Assembly (NCBI GenBank): GCA_016188215.1
Contig: JACPIF010000001.1
Coordinates: 5,923 to 69,922, forward strand
Direction: 5' to 3'
Origin: Candidatus Woesearchaeota archaeon
Lineage (GTDB): Archaea; Nanobdellota; Nanobdellia; Woesearchaeales; JACPIF01
Length of the DNA: 64,000 nt
The notes beneath the pieces were generated by a model, which did no database searches, was not told where the DNA came from, and worked only from the letters and a program-made list of their open reading frames with translations. Shown here in pieces: positions 20,070 through 28,170 of this stretch (positions are counted from its first letter, which is position 1; every line of letters starts with the position of its first letter). Made by a program: the position numbers and the translations under genes.

Positions 20070-20150
20070 TTTTGACTTACTTTGCACCGCGCTACGCGCG
20101 GATGCGCTCAGGTGAACCTTCGCGCACTGTACTAGTCCTGCGGACAGCAC
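20070..20150. repeat. GC-rich modular hairpin repeat, copy A, between rnp1 and rps17
   Basis: tttactt-TGCACCGCGCTaCGCGCGGATgCGCTCagg-tgaa-cctTCGCGCACTGT. Two stem-loops: CCGCGC/GCGCGG and GCGCTCAGG/CCTTCGCGC. Confidence 0.6.
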
Positions 20151-20156
20151 ATCTCA

Positions 20157-20399
20157 CTACTTCTTCATGCGCTCATCCACCCTGCCGAGCAATTCCGCTC
20201 CAGGGATGGTGAGCTCTTGATTGTTCATCTTAAGTGTTATTGTTACATCTTTCTTCTGGATAGCTTTCCTGCCCTTGCTTGTCTGCAGGGTCAGCATGTC
20301 CCTTGTGTCAAGCAGCACAATTCCCTGCAATCCGATAAGGGAGCTGTTTGCTGCAGCAACTACGCTGATTTCCCTGCCAACCAATGCGTGCCTGAACAT
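20157..20399 (-). CDS. rnp1: RNase P protein component 1 (Rpp29/Pop4-like)
   Basis: 80-aa Sm-like barrel protein at the conserved L29 to S17 junction of archaeal r-protein clusters. Confidence 0.6.
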   Translation of the reverse strand: MFRHALVGREISVVAAANSSLIGLQGIVLLDTRDMLTLQTSKGRKAIQKKDVTITLKMNNQELTIPGAELLGRVDERMKK

Positions 20400-20419
20400 T
20401 TTAGCCTTGACATATCGCG

Positions 20420-20728
20420 CTAACGGACATCAATCCTGTCTGACGGGAAGCCCATCTTCACCAGGATATCCTTGACGCGAAGCTTATGCACTCCCTGGAG
20501 CTCAATCACGTTGCCCTTTGCCGTGCCGCCGCAAGCAAGCTTTGACTTCAGGCTCTTCAGCAGATCCTTGAGGTCAACTTCCTTGTGGTCAATCCCAGTC
20601 ACGACGGTGTAGTTCTTGCCAAATTTCTTGCGCTCAATGCTGATGACGATGCGCTGAGCTTCCTTGGCAATAGTCTCGCACATGCAGAGCTCTTTGGGCA
20701 GGCCGCATTTCGGACATATTTCGTTCAT
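20420..20728 (-). CDS. sui1: Translation initiation factor SUI1 (aIF1)
   Basis: 102 aa with an N-terminal zinc knuckle (CPKCGLPKELCMC) and a SUI1 fold (GGTAKGNVIELQGVHKLRVKDIL). Confidence 0.75.
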   Translation of the reverse strand: MNEICPKCGLPKELCMCETIAKEAQRIVISIERKKFGKNYTVVTGIDHKEVDLKDLLKSLKSKLACGGTAKGNVIELQGVHKLRVKDILVKMGFPSDRIDVR

Positions 20729-20937
20729 ACGTTTGGTGTTCCTCCTTTTCGTGCGTGCAGCTGCTGGAGCATGCGCGCTATAGATTTTTTCGTGCCCTTG
20801 ATCTGGCTTGGATTCTTGGCAACAGTTCCCGTAGCTGCCTGCGTGTTGAGCTTCATCAGCTCCAGGCGCAGCTCTTCAAGCTTGGCCCTCAGTTCAGCCT
20901 CCGGCATTGCCTTGAGTTCCTTATTTTTGAGCTTCAT
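20725..20937 (-). CDS. rpl29: Ribosomal protein uL29. The track ORF extends to 21060 and overlaps the S3 3-prime end.
   Basis: Core MKLKNKELKAMPEAELRAKLEELRLELMKL. The upstream extension is arginine-rich and overlaps S3, so it is probably not translated. Confidence 0.7.
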   Translation of the reverse strand: MKLKNKELKAMPEAELRAKLEELRLELMKLNTQAATGTVAKNPSQIKGTKKSIARMLQQLHARKGGTPNV

Positions 20938-21670
20938 CTTGTTTCTTCTTCCTCGTGCGTTTTGGCTTTGCTTCTTTATTTTCTTTGGATTCTTTTGCCT
21001 CAGCCGCATCTGCCGCAGGCTCTTCCTTTGATGCAGACCCTGGCTCAGCAATCTCTTCAACTATCTCCTCTTTCTGCTTCAGGATTTCAATATCGTCAGG
21101 CAGCTTGATGTCAGGCGGCATGATCCTTACCTGTATGCCAACAGTCCCTGTCTTCAGCTGGGCTGCTGCATAGGCTGTGCGCACTCCGCTTATTGCAATA
21201 TCTCCGCATTTCTTCAGGTAGCCCTGGTAAAACCGCCAGCTTTTCGCCCGAGCGCTGGGGATCTTACCTGAAACTTTTATCTCAACACCCAATGCGCCAG
21301 CGCCCATGACATCACCCATAGTCTTGTGGCCAATGCCCTTGAATTTTGAAGTTCCGAATCGTTCCAGGCTTGAGGCTATCCTCTCTGAAATTATCTGCGG
21401 ATCAAGGTTAGGATTTGAGACATCTGAAAGCTCAATCTGCGGATTTTCCAGGTTGAAGCGTTTCTTCAGGACCCTTGTCAAATTTTTGATGCTCTCGCCT
21501 TTCTTGCCGACAACCATTCCGGGCTTTGTGGCATATACTACAATCTTCTCTCCCAGGGGAGTCTTAAACATCCTGGTATGGCTGACTCCTGCCCGCCTCA
21601 TGCTTTCCGCAACGAACTCCTGCACAAGGACTTCTTTCATCTTCTGTGATATGAATCGCTTTTCAATCAT
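20921..21670 (-). CDS. rps3: Ribosomal protein uS3 (KH) with an Ala/Glu/Lys-rich C-terminal tail
   Basis: KH and S3-C domains, followed by the tail SKEEPAADAAEAKESKENKEAKPKRTRKKK. Confidence 0.85.
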   Translation of the reverse strand: MIEKRFISQKMKEVLVQEFVAESMRRAGVSHTRMFKTPLGEKIVVYATKPGMVVGKKGESIKNLTRVLKKRFNLENPQIELSDVSNPNLDPQIISERIASSLERFGTSKFKGIGHKTMGDVMGAGALGVEIKVSGKIPSARAKSWRFYQGYLKKCGDIAISGVRTAYAAAQLKTGTVGIQVRIMPPDIKLPDDIEILKQKEEIVEEIAEPGSASKEEPAADAAEAKESKENKEAKPKRTRKKKQDEAQK

Positions 21671-22164
21671 GGTTTTTGAGCCTGCACCTGCTTATTATCC
21701 TTTAGTCGTGATTCCTTCTTGGATTTCTTAACCTCAGCTTCCTGGACAATTATCTCAACATGCGCCTTCCTCATCTTACGGCCTCGCTGCCTGCCGAACC
21801 TGAACGGTCTTGGAGCAAGCTTGGCGCATGCGTGCACAATCACTAGGTTGTTGACATTAAGACCCTTGAATTGCGCATTTGCCTCAGCATTCTCAACTAC
21901 TTTCTTGATCTCTGCCGCAGCCTTTACAGGATAGCGGCCTGCAGCCATGCCCGGCTTGTGGCCTATATTCTTGTTGAATCTGGTAAAAGGGACTGCCAGC
22001 TCGGTTTCCTGCACCTTGTCCAGCATGAGCTTAACTTTCTGCACGCTCTTATGCTTCACGAACTCGCAGATCTCGCGGCTGTGCTTCATGCTGATAGGCA
22101 GGCTTACGCCAACTGCCTTTGCCATGGTCGCCTGGTTGTAGTCCTGCATTGAGTATTTATACAT
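21667..22164 (-). CDS. rpl22: Ribosomal protein uL22
   Basis: Signature and position. Confidence 0.85.
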   Translation of the reverse strand: MYKYSMQDYNQATMAKAVGVSLPISMKHSREICEFVKHKSVQKVKLMLDKVQETELAVPFTRFNKNIGHKPGMAAGRYPVKAAAEIKKVVENAEANAQFKGLNVNNLVIVHACAKLAPRPFRFGRQRGRKMRKAHVEIIVQEAEVKKSKKESRLKDNKQVQAQKP

Positions 22165-22178
22165 CGTTAGTTCCTCAT

Positions 22179-22562
22179 TTACCTCACTGAAATGCTTGCC
22201 GAGCTCCTTGTTGCCCCTACTCCTGGAGCTGAATGCGCAATCCTTTTCCTCGTCATGGCAAATTCGCCAAGGTAATGGCCGAGCATCTCGCCTTCTATTA
22301 ATACAGGCTGGAAGCCGTTGCCCTTGTATACCTTAATAGTCATGCCGATCATCTGCGGCATGATGAGCATGTCGCGGCAGTGAGTCTCAATATTACCCTT
22401 GCCTTTGTTGATCTTTGCCAGTAATTTCTGCTGGGCAGGAGTGAAGCCTCGCTTCAGTGACCTGCGCTGTCGCGCCGGGAGGAGATGCATGAATTCCTGC
22501 AATGACATCTTCTTAAGATCCTCAACAGTCTTGCCGCGATAGGTAAATTCTTTCTTTGCCAT
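22179..22562 (-). CDS. rps19: Ribosomal protein uS19
   Basis: Signature and position. Confidence 0.85.
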   Translation of the reverse strand: MAKKEFTYRGKTVEDLKKMSLQEFMHLLPARQRRSLKRGFTPAQQKLLAKINKGKGNIETHCRDMLIMPQMIGMTIKVYKGNGFQPVLIEGEMLGHYLGEFAMTRKRIAHSAPGVGATRSSASISVR

Positions 22563-22605
22563 TGTGCTTTATGTTAACTGTTTGTTACTGTTTATTATGC
22601 TCAGT

Positions 22606-23316
22606 TTACCTTCTTCCAGTCCTACTTGGAGCTATCTTCCCGACTTTCCTGCCAGGAGGATCATTCCTTGCTGATTGCGTCGGCCTTCCCTTTACGTGCG
22701 AGCTCTTGCCCCCGAATGGGTGATCGACTGCATTCTGGGAAACTCCTGAAACTGTTGGATACATGCGATTCCTTGCCTTGAATGCGTAATGCTTCCTGCC
22801 TGCTTTGAGGAATGGCTTCTCCTGCCTGCCGCCTGCTGCAAGGATGCCGATGCCAACCCTGCATTCCGGCAGGAACATCTTTGTTTTCTTGCTCGGCAAT
22901 TCAACCAGGACGCCTGCAACAGTATGGCTTATGACCCTTGAAAAAGTGCCTGCTGACCTGCAAAATTTGCCGCCATCGCCAGGCTGGCTTTCTATATTAT
23001 ATACCAAAGTGCCTTCAGGAACATCTTTCAAAGGAACTGTGTTGCCTGGGTTAATTGGTGCATTCTGGCCTGTCATGACTTCATCGCCGACACGTATGCC
23101 TTCAGGAGCCAGCATGTAGCTTGTCTCTCCATTTTGATAGCGGACTTGAGCTAAAGGAGCATAATGGCCAGGGCAATGGACAATGTCCATGACTTTGCCA
23201 ACTAGCTGCGTGTTGGTGAGCTTTGCATGCTTTACAGACCCCAGGAACCTGTGGCCCGGGCTCTTGTAAGTAAGGCTTCCCTTTCCACGAGCCTGCTGCA
23301 ATAATGTTTTTCCCAT
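22606..23316 (-). CDS. rpl2: Ribosomal protein uL2
   Basis: 236 aa. Conserved L2 C-terminal region (HPFGGKSSH…). Confidence 0.9.
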   Translation of the reverse strand: MGKTLLQQARGKGSLTYKSPGHRFLGSVKHAKLTNTQLVGKVMDIVHCPGHYAPLAQVRYQNGETSYMLAPEGIRVGDEVMTGQNAPINPGNTVPLKDVPEGTLVYNIESQPGDGGKFCRSAGTFSRVISHTVAGVLVELPSKKTKMFLPECRVGIGILAAGGRQEKPFLKAGRKHYAFKARNRMYPTVSGVSQNAVDHPFGGKSSHVKGRPTQSARNDPPGRKVGKIAPSRTGRR

Positions 23317-23325
23317 TTTTGTTCC

Positions 23326-23583
23326 TTACATGACTCCTAGTTTTGTTGCAATATCAATAGCAGGAGTGTCCTTGCTGAATCTCACGAATGCGCGCTTCTC
23401 GCCGTGCTGCAGCTGAGTGTTGACAGCTTCTATCTTCACCTTGAACATTGACTCCAAGGCAGCTTTAATCTCAAGCTTCTTTGCCTTCTTGTCCACTACA
23501 AATACCAGCTTGTTCTCTGATTCCATCAGGCGGATGGATTTTTCAGTCGTTAATGGATATTTGATTATCTGGAAGCTGTCCAT
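23326..23583 (-). CDS. rpl23: Ribosomal protein uL23
   Basis: 85 aa in the conserved position. Confidence 0.8.
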   Translation of the reverse strand: MDSFQIIKYPLTTEKSIRLMESENKLVFVVDKKAKKLEIKAALESMFKVKIEAVNTQLQHGEKRAFVRFSKDTPAIDIATKLGVM

Positions 23584-23584
23584 T

Positions 23585-24412
23585 TTATTTGACGACCTCC
23601 GGCTTCATCGTGAATAGCTGCTCTTTTTCCATGACATCTAAAGCATGCTCGGTGAATAACGTTAATCTGCCAATGTGGCCGCCCGGTGCCAATAATTCTG
23701 AATTAAGGTGCCTGACCTCAACAACATCAATGCCGGGAACATTCCGCGCGGATTTGAGGAGGTTGCAATCTGCGCCGACAACAAGCAATGGACCAGTTCT
23801 CCTTCGGTATTTCCTGCCTCTCATCTTTCCTTTTCCAGCCCGCACTTTTGCATAATCTGCATGCTGCAATTCCTGTGCCAAGCCTAACGATGCAAGAGCA
23901 GCCTCAATTTCTTTTGTCTTGCTGATAGATTCAAAACTATTATCCAGTATGAATGGGTACAATTCAGGGATGACATGATTTCTTTGCTTCACAATATCCT
24001 TGAGGATAGTTGCTGACAATGCGCTTCTTAGCGCTTTTCTTCTCTCTTGTATGTTGATCTTTTCCCACCATATCTTTTGCGCTTTAGGAGGATGCGCACG
24101 CCTGCCGCCGCGCATGCCGGGAGCAAATGCGCCGACCCATGACATTCTGGTTCCACGCCTTGACATTATCTTCCTGGGGACCCTTGAGATGCCTAATCCG
24201 TAAGCTCCACGGTAATCCCTGCGACGCCTGCTAAGCTTGGCAGAGGCACGCTTGCCGGCTCCAGGCGACGCGCCATATGGCTGCCGGGTGTGGCTTTGAA
24301 TTGCAAGCACTGCACGCTTCACTAAATCAGGCCTTATAGGCTCGCTGAATTGTGCAGGAAGGTCGCGCTTCTTGGTTTCTTGTTTTGTTGCGGTGATAAT
24401 TGCGAGTTTCAT
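23585..24412 (-). CDS. rpl4: Ribosomal protein uL4
   Basis: 275 aa with an L4 core. Confidence 0.85.
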   Translation of the reverse strand: MKLAIITATKQETKKRDLPAQFSEPIRPDLVKRAVLAIQSHTRQPYGASPGAGKRASAKLSRRRRDYRGAYGLGISRVPRKIMSRRGTRMSWVGAFAPGMRGGRRAHPPKAQKIWWEKINIQERRKALRSALSATILKDIVKQRNHVIPELYPFILDNSFESISKTKEIEAALASLGLAQELQHADYAKVRAGKGKMRGRKYRRRTGPLLVVGADCNLLKSARNVPGIDVVEVRHLNSELLAPGGHIGRLTLFTEHALDVMEKEQLFTMKPEVVK

Positions 24413-24428
24413 GTTTTGTTTGCATTGC

Positions 24429-25382
24429 TTATTGCTTGCTCTCCAAGGATATGTAGTTGATTGGGCTTGCGTCCCTGAACTTTGGATTAGGGCGGATGGG
24501 CATGTTCAGCCTGATTAATCGCTTCTGCGGGCCTGCAATACCGCCCTTGATCATTACGTATGGGTTTTTTAGAGCTCCAAAATGGAGCCAACCGCCTTTC
24601 ATGGCTAATTCATCGTGCTTTCCTATCTTGAGGATCTGCTTGTTGTACTCAGTCCTGGTATGGTAGCCCATCTTGCCTGCGTGAGCAACCCGATACATGG
24701 TCTGCCCCTGCCCCTGCCAGCCGCCTAATGAGCCTGGGTTGCGGATTGATTTTTCTGACTTGTGCTGCCTCCTTGCAATGCCAAACCTTTTCATAGGGCC
24801 CTGGAAACCTTTGCCTGCGGTGACTGCGTGGATATCAACCTGGGCGCCGTCCTTGAAAACTTCTGTTATCAGAAGCTCTTTGCCTAGCTTCTCCTGGGCG
24901 AATTTCAGCTTGTCTTCCTTCTTTCCGCCGATGCCAAGCTCAAAGATTTCCGGCTTCTTTTTGCCGATGCCTGTTAAATGAGGCTGCGTATGCGCCAATA
25001 ACCTGATATCGTCATAGCTTTCAGGAATGGTTGCTTTCTTGTTTTTTGGAAGCTTGAGAGTTTTTGACAAATGCTTATCGAGGTTATCTGAGAAAATCTG
25101 AGAAAGAGAAACTGTGTTTTTATAGAAGCGCAAACCAAAAATCCTGAGCGGCGGGCACTCAATGATGGACACTGGAATTGAGATCTGCTGGTTTTTGGTC
25201 ATTGAATGCTGGCGGTTGTCAGTTGCTATAACATGAGTCATGCCAACCTTGTAGCCGGCGAAGCCTAATGGCTTTACATCCTTGACAGGAGCCCAAGTGC
25301 GGACTCTAGCTGTCTCGTTCCTTGCCCTTACCCTGGGCCAAAACTGCATGCTTCCATGTCGCGGCCATCTTATATTCGGCAT
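24429..25382 (-). CDS. rpl3: Ribosomal protein uL3
   Basis: 317 aa. N-terminus MPNIRWPRHGSMQFWPRVRA… First gene of the operon. Confidence 0.9.
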   Translation of the reverse strand: MPNIRWPRHGSMQFWPRVRARNETARVRTWAPVKDVKPLGFAGYKVGMTHVIATDNRQHSMTKNQQISIPVSIIECPPLRIFGLRFYKNTVSLSQIFSDNLDKHLSKTLKLPKNKKATIPESYDDIRLLAHTQPHLTGIGKKKPEIFELGIGGKKEDKLKFAQEKLGKELLITEVFKDGAQVDIHAVTAGKGFQGPMKRFGIARRQHKSEKSIRNPGSLGGWQGQGQTMYRVAHAGKMGYHTRTEYNKQILKIGKHDELAMKGGWLHFGALKNPYVMIKGGIAGPQKRLIRLNMPIRPNPKFRDASPINYISLESKQ

Positions 25383-25435
25383 TGATTCCTCTCTCTACAT
25401 CTTTGTGAATGAACGTGATGTTGCCATCACCCAAA

Positions 25436-25452
25436 AGCCTTTTTATACAGAA
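25436..25452 (-). promoter_or_regulatory. Candidate TATA box (minus-strand GTATAAAAAGG) and 5-prime UTR hairpin for the L3 operon
   Basis: AT-rich TATA-like element about 60 nt upstream of the L3 ATG. A perfect GTGATG/CATCAC palindrome at 25415-25430 lies between it and an AGAGGA Shine-Dalgarno. Confidence 0.3.
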
Positions 25453-25548
25453 ATCCCTGTAAGAACACTTGACGCGTACTGATCCAAGATTTCCTTATCA
25501 GGCTTGTCTCTTGCTATGGGGCATACCTTTGTAAAACCCCAATACAGA

Positions 25549-25566
25549 GGAAATGCGCACATTTCC
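25549..25566. repeat. GGAAATGC-NN-GCATTTCC hairpin module (third copy, standalone)
   Basis: ggaaatgcgcacatttcc. The same 8-bp stem occurs in copies C (45706) and D (49724). Confidence 0.5.
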
Positions 25567-25705
25567 TAGTCTTGAAAATCTTTGATTTTCAATACAGCCT
25601 TATTACGGGCTATAACTTGGTTTTGGAATGGCAGGGGATTTATAAAGGTTGCGGTGGGTTGTCCAATGAAAAAGCCTGTATTCACGTTTAAACTGTGATT
25701 TACCG

Positions 25706-25739
25706 CACTGGTCACTGGACAGGTGCAGACGTGAGCTAT
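25706..25739 (+). repeat. 34-nt motif CACTGGTCACTGGACAGRTG…CGTGAGNTAT, copy 1
   Basis: cactggtcactggacaggtgcagacgtgagctat, about 200 nt upstream of the Panacea cassette. Confidence 0.55.
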
Positions 25740-25941
25740 TTAAGTTCATTCCTGCTTTTTCCCCATTACAGAGGATAAATTTTAATACTAGTATTTTAAT
25801 ATTAAAATACTATGACGAAGTTACAGCATACAGGTAAACAATTTTACTTGAATATTCCCAAAGAGCATATCAGAAAATTAAACTGGAAAAAAGGAGACGA
25901 AATTTACATCACTAAAGATCCTATTAAGGACGTATTGTATT

Positions 25942-26514
25942 TTGAAAAAATGCCAGGAAGGAAAAAAAATGGAAGATGAAATTTCAATTGCCGAGAAATA
26001 TTTAATCCTTTTATTAGGAGTAGAAGATAAACCTATACCTAGTGAATTATATCTCCAGAAAGAAATTTTCGTTTTATCTCAATTTAGGCCAAAAATTCAA
26101 TCTATTTTTAACTTTCAGAAACACTATAAAGGTCCATATTCTCAACTAATAAGCGAAATAGTAGATGCACCGATTTACCATCCAGGCGCATTTGAAAAGA
26201 TTAATGAAAAAATAGTTATTACTAAGAATGGTAAAAATCAATATAGAGAGATTCTGGAAGAATATAGTAAAAACAACGAATTCAATACTTTAATCTCAAG
26301 TTTAATCTTTATTAGAAGACTTTATGAAAAATTAGATCAAGAACAATTACTTTTCTTGATATATACTAGTTATCCAAATTATATAGAATTTTCTAATATT
26401 TCTGATAAATTGCTAAAGGATAATCAAGTTAGATTGAGAATTAGTAGAGAGCTATTCCAAAAAGGCATTATTACTGAAGAAAGGTTTTTAGAATTAAAAG
26501 ATGATCAAAAATGA
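25942..26514 (+). CDS. Panacea/SocA-like (DUF4065) domain protein, putative antitoxin-like component
   Basis: ISIAEKYLILLL … LYLQKEIFVLSQ … FQKHYKGPYSQLI matches the Panacea hallmarks (LqKllY and GPv spacing). About 28-30% GC, far below the flanks. 4-nt overlap with the next ORF. Confidence 0.5.
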   Translation: MKKCQEGKKMEDEISIAEKYLILLLGVEDKPIPSELYLQKEIFVLSQFRPKIQSIFNFQKHYKGPYSQLISEIVDAPIYHPGAFEKINEKIVITKNGKNQYREILEEYSKNNEFNTLISSLIFIRRLYEKLDQEQLLFLIYTSYPNYIEFSNISDKLLKDNQVRLRISRELFQKGIITEERFLELKDDQK

Positions 26515-27050
26515 AAGACTTAGTTGCCGACTCAAGTTTTTATCTATGTTTCTTGGAAGATATTTGCAGCCCTTCTGATTTGGTTGCCATCATTGATAAT
26601 TTTAGGGCCCATTTAACTCCTTTAATTCATAAAGAAATTAAGAGATCAATCAATTTCTCATCAATAGATCAGCATGCTAATATTAATATTTTCTCAACAC
26701 CAAGTTTCAATATAGGTGAATTAGTTAAACCCTTCTTTTCAAAGAAGGAAATATCAAAGGGAGAACACGAAATTGTTGTGGCCGCATATTTTATTTATAA
26801 CACTAATAGAGATATTATAATAATTATTGATGAGAAAGGACCCAGGCAATTTATAATCAATCATTTGCCGGAATTAATACCTTTCCTTACTGGGACCGTT
26901 GGTATGGTTGGATCATGTTATTATACCTTTGCCATAATGGATAAACAGAAAACTTTAAATTTATTGGACCAAATAGGGTCTTCTAGATTTAGAGTAACTC
27001 AAAAAATATTAAATGAAATAAAAGAGAAGGTTGTGAACCACCGTGACTAA
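26511..27050 (+). CDS. Hypothetical protein, possible PIN-like nuclease (candidate toxin partner)
   Basis: The N-terminal LVADSSFYLCFLED and later GEHE / IIIDEKG / AIMDK acidic positions have PIN-like spacing. AT-rich. 8-nt overlap with the next ORF. Confidence 0.3.
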   Translation: MKDLVADSSFYLCFLEDICSPSDLVAIIDNFRAHLTPLIHKEIKRSINFSSIDQHANINIFSTPSFNIGELVKPFFSKKEISKGEHEIVVAAYFIYNTNRDIIIIIDEKGPRQFIINHLPELIPFLTGTVGMVGSCYYTFAIMDKQKTLNLLDQIGSSRFRVTQKILNEIKEKVVNHRD

Positions 27051-28170
27051 AATCCAAATTAAAGAAGTTATTGAAGACAAAACATCCGATTTCAATATTA
27101 AACGATATAAACTTTCAGGATTAACTTTGGATGAGCCGATAAAGACTTTTGATATTTCTTTAACTACAAATGGTCTGTTTAACGGTATTAAAATTAAGAA
27201 TAAGGTTCTTGAAAAACGAAAATCAATAAGACATTTTGAAACAATTAAGAAAGTTATAGAAGAAGATGATGATAAAATTATTAATCAATTCTTTGGAAAA
27301 GCACAATGGGCAGCAGGATATCCCTCCTTGATTAATGTAACTTTTGATTTTAATCCTTATAACTTTGTTAATAAAATGGAATCAATTGCTTCGTTTTTTG
27401 ATTATTATTATACTTATTCCAAAGATTTACTATTTGTACCAAATATTCGCTACAAGAAGTCAAATAACATTATAATAGATCTCGCAAATTATAAGAAATT
27501 TGTTGATGAAGTCTATAATCTATTAAATAAAAAAAATTCAAAACCAATTTTTGTACCTATATCACTAAGATTTCCTATAAAATATTATGAAGATTTAATA
27601 AAACATTATAAGAAAAAAGACTATCTTTATTTCTGGTTTGATTTTGAAGGGAAGCCCATAAATGAAGCAATAGCTGGAAGAATAAGGAGTATTAATTCAC
27701 TTATAAGAGAGCAAGGGCTGTTTAAACAATCTATAACCTATTTTACTAATATTAAGCGAGAAATTTTATCTAACATCAAAGACTTGGATAGTCCAGCATC
27801 CGATATCCTAGCAACTGTAATTGGAGCAAATATTACAGGAGTTAATAGGGAACCATTAAGATTTTTTGAATCAGGTGTTGAAGTTCCAGATCCAAATGAG
27901 ATTTGGAAACATAAGGCTAGAAATTTTGATAAAGATTCTTATTACTATGTCAAGAAAAAAGGGCCTGTGGAAAAAAAGAATGAAAATTTTACAAATAATA
28001 GTATTGTATTGAATGAAGAGCTTAGTAACCAAAGCGAGTATTTTTCAAAGAAATTAGAAATTAGAAATTATCTTTTAAAGAAAAGGATGTTAAATGAGTA
28101 CCAAAATGGTAATTTCTTAAGAAGGATTACAAATTCTGGTAGACAGGCTGGATTGAGTAGCTTCTTCTAA
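27043..28170 (+). CDS. Hypothetical 375-aa protein (third gene of the AT-rich cassette)
   Basis: No recognisable motif. Very low GC and Lys/Asn/Ile-rich. Its stop abuts the stop of the convergent rhomboid gene with zero spacing. Confidence 0.45.
   Translation: MTKIQIKEVIEDKTSDFNIKRYKLSGLTLDEPIKTFDISLTTNGLFNGIKIKNKVLEKRKSIRHFETIKKVIEEDDDKIINQFFGKAQWAAGYPSLINVTFDFNPYNFVNKMESIASFFDYYYTYSKDLLFVPNIRYKKSNNIIIDLANYKKFVDEVYNLLNKKNSKPIFVPISLRFPIKYYEDLIKHYKKKDYLYFWFDFEGKPINEAIAGRIRSINSLIREQGLFKQSITYFTNIKREILSNIKDLDSPASDILATVIGANITGVNREPLRFFESGVEVPDPNEIWKHKARNFDKDSYYYVKKKGPVEKKNENFTNNSIVLNEELSNQSEYFSKKLEIRNYLLKKRMLNEYQNGNFLRRITNSGRQAGLSSFF

Noticed and set aside
19614-20150. Long N-terminal extension of S17 (track ORF to 20150)
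   Set aside because: The extension overlaps GC-rich repeat copy A and lacks S17 homology. The internal ATG at 20048 gives a canonical S17 N-terminus.
20937-21060. Arg-rich N-terminal extension of L29
   Set aside because: It overlaps the 3-prime end of rps3 by more than 100 nt. The canonical L29 start, MKLKNKELK, lies at 20937.
25383-25941. 560-nt gap upstream of rpl3, examined for RNase P RNA, SRP RNA or C/D sRNA
   Set aside because: No P4-like GGAAAGTCC motif, SRP motif or C/D box pair was found. The content is better explained by the promoter plus repeat modules.
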